Shown here: piece by piece, positions 27,401 through 32,000 of the stretch
Position numbering within the stretch: the first letter of the stretch is position 1
How the letters are laid out: the number at the start of each line of letters is the position of its first letter
Assembly (NCBI GenBank): GCA_963704705.1
Contig: OY969931.1
Coordinates: 270,001-302,000, forward strand
DNA length: 32,000 nt
Direction: 5' to 3'
DNA from: an uncultured bacterium
Lineage (GTDB): Bacteria; Patescibacteriota; Gracilibacteria; UBA1369; PNNO01
Made by a program: the position numbers and the translations under genes
Notes under the pieces: model-generated
Told to the model about the DNA's origin: nothing
Seen by the model: the letters and a program-made list of their open reading frames with translations, nothing else
Database searches by the model: none

Positions 27401-28147
27401 AATATTGACCATGACGATTCGCCATACTTTATACCCGCGCTTAAAGAATCAGCAATTGAAACAGCTTGCGCGGCAACAGGTGGAGAAACTAAGAAATTCA
27501 CAATCCAGGGTTATAAAAATGCATATATCGGTTTTGGCTTAAGAATGAGAAGTCTTAAAGAAAAATATGATGAAGAATCTGGTTTCAAAGCAAAAGGGCA
27601 AGTGTCATTTGAAAATCAATTTTTACAAAAACTTGTTTCAACTTTTCAATCATATATGAGATACGACAGTATTTTGGATAATCGTTATAGAAGACGTGAA
27701 GAATCAAGGCTTCAGAGATTTAGTTCGCACGATTACAGATCAGGTTGTATATGGGATGCAAACAGAGCACTTTTGACTTATAAAGATGAAATGCGAGATT
27801 TAATAAAAGAAATAGCACGGGCATATGGTGAAGGTGAAAATAAAGATTTGATAGAAACTCCATTCAAACGGTTGCCTTCTACAAAAGGAAACCCTGGTTT
27901 AGAGAGTGAACAAAAGAAAATCGAGCAATCAATTGAAAATTTCAGTGAAACATTTGAAAAAATGGTAATGAAAGATGGAGGTAGAAAATTTTTAAGGATA
28001 ATTCAGGATCACAAATTCGAATCAGAAAAACTTGGTGATTTGAAACAGGAAGATCTTATCCGAAACAGGATGAATATGGAGGTAATGGAAGGTATGCGCA
28101 CGCGGGAAGCAGAAGAAGCTACAATTTCTGAAAATCAGGAAGAGTAA
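24464..28147 (+). CDS. Very large (1227 aa) uncharacterised soluble protein
   Basis: Intact 3.7 kb ORF, 16 nt after the previous gene; no recognised catalytic motif. Confidence 0.8.
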   Translation: MKNPFLKLANLLFRSHENDYLFGEKRFAYFAGSNGPEDDDDIEKEAKAKERKEVQKEELPEIIEPEVFETRSAVVEQVHSLFDQIEYTLPPDVDPGRLKKAKETVNKNAAEIEIYEKQFDTKSLEFTGEMGVESTEELQDEIWKVLYSVVPEFKNQALKEYKSFNPDLIPPTLSMKLKKGLAAIWKKNTEKKLSSRFLNKFIADSLKIMDKVAEHEFEMFKPIIEVKEVMWDMYDHRKKQNVEEMMLRGAINYSGLPLEKGMEYTGIENVITGWKENHEPIEEKHSKNWVVTDVYINKERFVDPEDLKNKIRMKMTGVWVALSSGNQVYRMPMNRLPEFINLHRIKPIVKNKEDLYNNVPHLKEMNIELKPGMEIEYDDWVYNKDKQKYVAVPKKVKIKYLDDKTVKLDKEISIFISNDPEDRPKDEVSLGEFSIWLNRNIAVPTMNVDELKTKLNEHYEFMNTKYKRNPECHDPIVLVKGEVIYADAPGNPLYQIVNDPLSDGMVKLSQGLQFTFPKFLKWVYEYGMEPFKPELEANKVKYYMKGSNRAAEKAMKNAQLTQDGFLKEGIWRDTFKKLKEKGIEGIHDGPELNIKQDVKNTPMKVSHSFLREFIGNTYLMDIDSIWQLFKTGKEYYTRNWRRRQKARYSAIGKGVPWFANEFERINQQAETEEMNQFKEAMDQWGIRQIEETLYETNNRDQLKACFSALAEKGQIRWDDRRLWDAINKFTDINHKIPMPEEGQDPNTPFREGTGQLFQGIDVAGKAPVDFIPEALDSLWGESSYVSWKRQNDSAMEDGISKSYNKAEELESDPNNTGGIAKELQNLLERHLRGEYVDPTEFEGMLRFIVEKGKAGGKHKMYYLLMGTSAKYPPGDPNGRSIMGWDRVGRFISKYCNQFPAMDYFSATNTDPKRDSATGEIFTRAWVKKDFDYLTKPWVDRFVQTGKADPPSDADKFMWREVLTSDAFQKRLEKGINNAQNIDHDDSPYFIPALKESAIETACAATGGETKKFTIQGYKNAYIGFGLRMRSLKEKYDEESGFKAKGQVSFENQFLQKLVSTFQSYMRYDSILDNRYRRREESRLQRFSSHDYRSGCIWDANRALLTYKDEMRDLIKEIARAYGEGENKDLIETPFKRLPSTKGNPGLESEQKKIEQSIENFSETFEKMVMKDGGRKFLRIIQDHKFESEKLGDLKQEDLIRNRMNMEVMEGMRTREAEEATISENQEE

Positions 28148-28163
28148 GAACAATGGTTTACCT

Positions 28164-29942
28164 TTATTTTCGTTCTTTGATTTCTTTTACAAGCTTTTTC
28201 ATGAAGCTGTCAGCTTTATATCCGGTCTGCTTTTTAGTTTTGTAGTCTCTTATCGCTAATTCTTTTGCTTCAACTTCTTTGTCTCCAATTACAGCCATAT
28301 AAGGGATTTTTTTCATTTCAGCTTCTCGGATTCTTTTTCCTAAGGTTACATCCGATGGCATGATTAAAGTTCGTACGCCCATTTCAGCGAATTTTTGCAT
28401 TATTTCTTCTGCGTATTTTTCATGTGGTTGAGCAACAGGTAAAAATGCAATTTGCATCGGCGACATCCATGCCGGAAAAGCACCCGCATAGTGCTCAATC
28501 AAAAACCCAATCATTCTTTCATGTGTTGAGAGCGGTGCTCTGTGAATACAAATTGGTGTTTTTTCCTGACCGTCTTTATCTGTGTAAGTTAGATTAAATC
28601 GCATTGGTACTGCAAAATCGAGCTGATTCGTAGCAAGAGTAAATTCACGGCCGATTACACTCCAAACCTGTACATCGATCTTTGGTCCGTAAAAAGCAGC
28701 TTCATCTTCAGCTTCAACAAATGGAACTTTTAATTTTTTTAATACTTTGCGAACCAGATCTTCGGTTTTAATCCATAGGTCTTCATTGTCTACATACTTT
28801 TTGCCCAATCCTTCTTTTGCGTGTTTAGAAAGCCGCATTTCGTATTTTTCAATTCCAAAAATATCAAAATATTCAAGATATAATTGGATTACTTTTGCAA
28901 ACTCATCTTCAAATTGTTCTTCAGTACAGTAAATATGAGCATCATTCATAGCCATTGATCTAACTCTCATCAAACCGAATAAAGCTCCTGAATCCTCATA
29001 TCTGTAACAATGGCCATATTCTGCAAGGCGCAAAGGCAGGTCTTTGTAACTTTTTGGAACTGCAGCATAAATTTTATGATGATGTGGACAATTCATTGCT
29101 TTTAAATAGTATTTCTCATTATCCAGATCCATTGAAGGGAACATACTTGCTTCATAATATGGCAGATGACCTGACCTGTGGTACAAAGCGTCTTTAGCAA
29201 TGTGAGGAGAACGTACGCGCTTATAACCCTGCTCTGCTTCTTTTTCTTTTGCCAGATTTTCAAGTTCATCAGCGATTATTGTTCCGTTTGGAAGCCATAA
29301 TGGAAGGCCAGCTCCAACTTCTTCGTCAAATGTGAATAGTTCGAGTTCTTTGCCGAGTTTTCTGTGGTCGCGTTTTTTGGCTTCCTCAAGCTGTTTTAGG
29401 TAGTCGTCGAGTTCTTTTTGTGTTTCAAAACAAACTCCGTAAATTCTTTGAAGCATTGGATTTTCTTCAGTTCCTTTCCAGTAAGCACCAGCAACATGTG
29501 TAAGCTTAAATGCCTTTATTTTGCCTGTTGATTCAACATGCGGACCTTCACACATATCAACAAAAGTTCCTTCTCCTTTTTGATCAACATTCTCAAAAAA
29601 TTGAATTTCTTTTTCACCTGCTTTTCCCAGGTCATTTGCAGCTTCAACTTTATAATCCTGTTTTATTGTCTTTAAAAATTCAACTGACTCTTTTACTGGT
29701 TTTACGTATTTTTTAAATTTCTGATTTTGTTTGATTATATGCTTCATTTTCTTCTCAATAAGCGGCAAATCTTCAGGAATCAAAGTTCGTGGCAGCTCAA
29801 AGTCATAATAAAATCCGTTTTCAATAGCCGGACCAAACCCCAGTTTAGCCTCAGGGAACATTTCAAGAACCGCTTGTGCAAGCACATGAGCGCATGAATG
29901 ACGCATTTTTTCTAAATCCGCAGAAGCCGATGTTTTTTTCAT
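28164..29942 (-). CDS. thrS: Threonyl-tRNA synthetase lacking the N-terminal TGS domain
   Basis: MRHSCAHVLAQAVLEMFPEAKLGFGPAIENGFYYDF, MCEGPHV, MNCPHHHKIY, YRYEDSGALFGLMRVRSMAMNDAHIYC, FYGPKIDVQV, ICIHRAPLSTHERMIGFLIEHYAGAFPAWMSP. Starts directly at the N2 region. Confidence 0.96.
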   Translation of the reverse strand: MKKTSASADLEKMRHSCAHVLAQAVLEMFPEAKLGFGPAIENGFYYDFELPRTLIPEDLPLIEKKMKHIIKQNQKFKKYVKPVKESVEFLKTIKQDYKVEAANDLGKAGEKEIQFFENVDQKGEGTFVDMCEGPHVESTGKIKAFKLTHVAGAYWKGTEENPMLQRIYGVCFETQKELDDYLKQLEEAKKRDHRKLGKELELFTFDEEVGAGLPLWLPNGTIIADELENLAKEKEAEQGYKRVRSPHIAKDALYHRSGHLPYYEASMFPSMDLDNEKYYLKAMNCPHHHKIYAAVPKSYKDLPLRLAEYGHCYRYEDSGALFGLMRVRSMAMNDAHIYCTEEQFEDEFAKVIQLYLEYFDIFGIEKYEMRLSKHAKEGLGKKYVDNEDLWIKTEDLVRKVLKKLKVPFVEAEDEAAFYGPKIDVQVWSVIGREFTLATNQLDFAVPMRFNLTYTDKDGQEKTPICIHRAPLSTHERMIGFLIEHYAGAFPAWMSPMQIAFLPVAQPHEKYAEEIMQKFAEMGVRTLIMPSDVTLGKRIREAEMKKIPYMAVIGDKEVEAKELAIRDYKTKKQTGYKADSFMKKLVKEIKERK

Positions 29943-30028
29943 AAAAAGTTTATTATTTTTACTTATAAAAAATAGCTAACTTATGGCTTATTGTCAAAAT
30001 TAAAGCCTTTAATGTATTATGGAAATCA

Positions 30029-30078
30029 CTGAGTGATCTTGGATCACTTAGTAATTCAGGATTACCGAGTAATTTAAG
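30029..30078 (+). repeat. Degenerate 18-bp tandem repeat immediately upstream of recF
   Basis: CTGAGTGATCTTGGATCA / CTTAGTAATTCAGGATTA / CCGAGTAATTTAAG. Units 1 and 2 match at 12 of 18 positions. Also forms hairpin ACTGAGTGATC-TTG-GATCACTTAGT (30028-30052). Confidence 0.5.
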
Positions 30079-30079
30079 T

Positions 30080-31165
30080 ATGAAAATTAAATCCATAAAA
30101 CTCGAAAATTTCAGAAACTATGAAAAGCTTGAACTTGAGCTTAATACCGATAAAAACGTTAATCTTTTCATTGGTGATAATGCTCAGGGTAAAACCAATT
30201 TTCTGGAAGCAATAACGGTATTATCACTTGCTAAATCATTCAGGGCAAGCAAACACGAGGCAATGATTAAATGGGGAACTGATTATGCAAGAATTGTTGG
30301 GAATTTTGATAACACTGAACTTGAATTTTTTGTGAGCAAACAGCCGAAACAATTGAAAAATCTCAAAAAAAATGGAGTTAATGTCGCTGTTAAAGATTTT
30401 ATAGGGCAATTAAATATTGTTTTGTTTCATCCTGAAGATTTAAACATGCTTTATCTTTCACCGAGTCTTAGACGTCAATATATAAATACTGTTTTGTCGC
30501 AGGTCGATCCCCTTTATTTTGATTCTCTCGTTCAATATAACCGATTATTAAAACAAAGGAATAAAGCGTTATTTTTAATCACAATTGGCAAAGCAAAACA
30601 TACTGAACTTGATGCCTGGGATGAAAAATTGGCTGAATACGGCTCATATATTTATAAAAAAAGAATTGAATTTGTAGAATATTTTAATAAACCGTGCGCG
30701 GATAATTATCATAAAATCTCTGATACAAAAGAAAAGATTAATCTTTCTTATACTTGTTCATTCAAAGCTCCGCATACTGAAAAGGACGATTATATGGATG
30801 CACTTGAAGAAAATCGTGAGTCAGATATTACATATCAACAAACTAGAAAAGGCATTCATCGTGATGATATTGAGTTCTTTTTTAATGATAAAAATGTTAA
30901 TGACTTTGCTTCCCGTGGTGAAATGAGGACTTTGCTTATTGCATTAAAGTTAACTGAAATGGCTTTTATTGAAGATCAAACCGGAAATAAGCCAATATTG
31001 CTGCTTGATGATGTCTTCTCGGAATTGGATAAAAAACGACAGAATTTTTTAATTGAGGCTGTTTCAACACATCAATCATTTATTACTGCAACCCATCACG
31101 AATTATCGTTTAAAATATCGGATATTTTTAATGTCAAAGCTTCCGAAATTCATAAGATCCAATAA
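30080..31165 (+). CDS. recF: DNA replication and repair protein RecF
   Basis: MKIKSIKLENFRNYEKLELELN...LFIGDNAQGKTNFLEAI; FHPEDLNMLYLSPSLRRQYINTVLSQ; TRKGIHRDDIEF; ASRGEMRTLLIALKLTE; PILLLDDVFSELD. Confidence 0.95.
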   Translation: MKIKSIKLENFRNYEKLELELNTDKNVNLFIGDNAQGKTNFLEAITVLSLAKSFRASKHEAMIKWGTDYARIVGNFDNTELEFFVSKQPKQLKNLKKNGVNVAVKDFIGQLNIVLFHPEDLNMLYLSPSLRRQYINTVLSQVDPLYFDSLVQYNRLLKQRNKALFLITIGKAKHTELDAWDEKLAEYGSYIYKKRIEFVEYFNKPCADNYHKISDTKEKINLSYTCSFKAPHTEKDDYMDALEENRESDITYQQTRKGIHRDDIEFFFNDKNVNDFASRGEMRTLLIALKLTEMAFIEDQTGNKPILLLDDVFSELDKKRQNFLIEAVSTHQSFITATHHELSFKISDIFNVKASEIHKIQ

Positions 31166-31185
31166 GGTTTATTGATTACTGCTGT

Positions 31186-31214
31186 TTGCGAAAACCTTTA
31201 TTTTATGCTATAAT
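31186..31214 (+). promoter_or_regulatory. Sigma70-like promoter with extended -10 for the 31257 gene
   Basis: TTGCGA (31186-31191), 17 bp spacer ending TGC, TATAAT (31209-31214), 42 nt upstream of the start codon. Confidence 0.6.
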
Positions 31215-31256
31215 TTAGAAAATACATATAAATATAAAAAATTGGAAGTTTATAAT

Positions 31257-32000
31257 ATGTCAAAAATCGGGATACTTGCAGTTTCTATTTTATTGGCATT
31301 TGTACCAATAATAATGTGGGGATGGCACTTTTTGAAAAAACATTCCGAAGTACGCAGAATGGTGATTTTGACTTTCATTGCGGGTGCTTTGTCTGTTACT
31401 CCGCTATTATTATATAAATTTTTGTGGAATTTCTTTCCATGGATTAATGCCTTTATTTGGACCAGAAATTTAAATGTGGATATTATTGGTTTATCTTCTG
31501 TCATGATTGTTCCTTTATCTGTTTTGGTAACTTTTTTATTGGTTGGTGTAATTGAAGAAGTTTCCAAGATTTCAGCAGTTAAATTCATGGATAAAGATAA
31601 ATTCAGAAATGTTGATGATGCTATTGAATTCGCGATTATAGCCGGACTTGGCTTTGCTTTCATTGAAAATGCGATTTATTTTTACAATATAATAATGAGC
31701 AGAGGTTTTGATGATTTTGTTTTCCCATTTGTGTTCAGATCTCTTTTTTCAACATTTGCTCATGTAATGTTTAGTGGAATTTTTGGATATTTTTATGGAG
31801 TTGCTCATTTTGCAGATCCGATACTTAAAAAAGAACTGCGTGAAAAACGGCATCCAATATTGCAATTTCTGCATAAATATATGCATATAAAACGCAGAGT
31901 CATGTTTCATGACGAAATGATCCTTGAAGGATTAATTGTCGCTGCAACTCTGCATGGATTTTTTAATATCATCCTTGAAATGGAATGGATATTTGCGATA
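31257..32000 (+). CDS. PrsW-like intramembrane metalloprotease family protein, runs off the right edge
   Basis: Manual translation MSKIGILAVSILLAFVPIIMWGWHFLKKHSEVRRMVILTFIAGAL...LLVGVIEEVSKISAVKF...GLGFAFIENAIYFY...FRSLFSTFAHVMFSGIFGYFYG...LHGFFNII; EExxK, FxxxE and HxxxG-type motifs. Confidence 0.75.
   Translation, partial: MSKIGILAVSILLAFVPIIMWGWHFLKKHSEVRRMVILTFIAGALSVTPLLLYKFLWNFFPWINAFIWTRNLNVDIIGLSSVMIVPLSVLVTFLLVGVIEEVSKISAVKFMDKDKFRNVDDAIEFAIIAGLGFAFIENAIYFYNIIMSRGFDDFVFPFVFRSLFSTFAHVMFSGIFGYFYGVAHFADPILKKELREKRHPILQFLHKYMHIKRRVMFHDEMILEGLIVAATLHGFFNIILEMEWIFAI

Noticed and set aside
18437-28147. Prophage or phage tail module interpretation of the unknown block
   Set aside because: No terminase, portal, capsid, integrase or tail motifs, and the flanks are housekeeping genes; the membrane protein looks more like VirB6/TrbL.
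1-32000. Possible recoded genetic code (TGA as Gly) as in some candidate-phylum bacteria
   Set aside because: TGA acts as a terminator at the ends of the TrmB gene (9414-9416) and the transketolase N-terminal subunit (2392-2394).

Overview
AT-rich bacterial chromosomal window, using the standard code with TGA as a stop. The gene content is compatible with a candidate-phylum or CPR-like bacterium, but that placement is an inference. Recognisable genes: partial 2-hydroxyacid dehydrogenase, class I/II aminotransferase, split transketolase, archaeal-style NDP-sugar pyrophosphorylase/LbH protein, two PurP-family ATP-grasp proteins, TrmB-type regulator, LysM/M23 peptidase, yidD, purH, uppP, rpsF, rpsR, purL, HNH nuclease, thrS, recF and a PrsW-like protease. 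The strongest candidates for something new are: (1) a tightly packed five-gene block (18437-28147) of unrecognised proteins, including a VirB6/TrbL-like polytopic membrane protein and a 1227-aa protein, with no recognisable ATPase in the window; (2) an archaeal-flavoured island (4130-9416) with radical SAM, nucleotidyltransferase, tandem PurP paralogs and a divergent TrmB regulator, in a genome that also has a full PurH; (3) structured non-coding regions at 3854-4054, upstream of rpsF and upstream of recF. I saw no CRISPR array, rRNA, tRNA or transposase.
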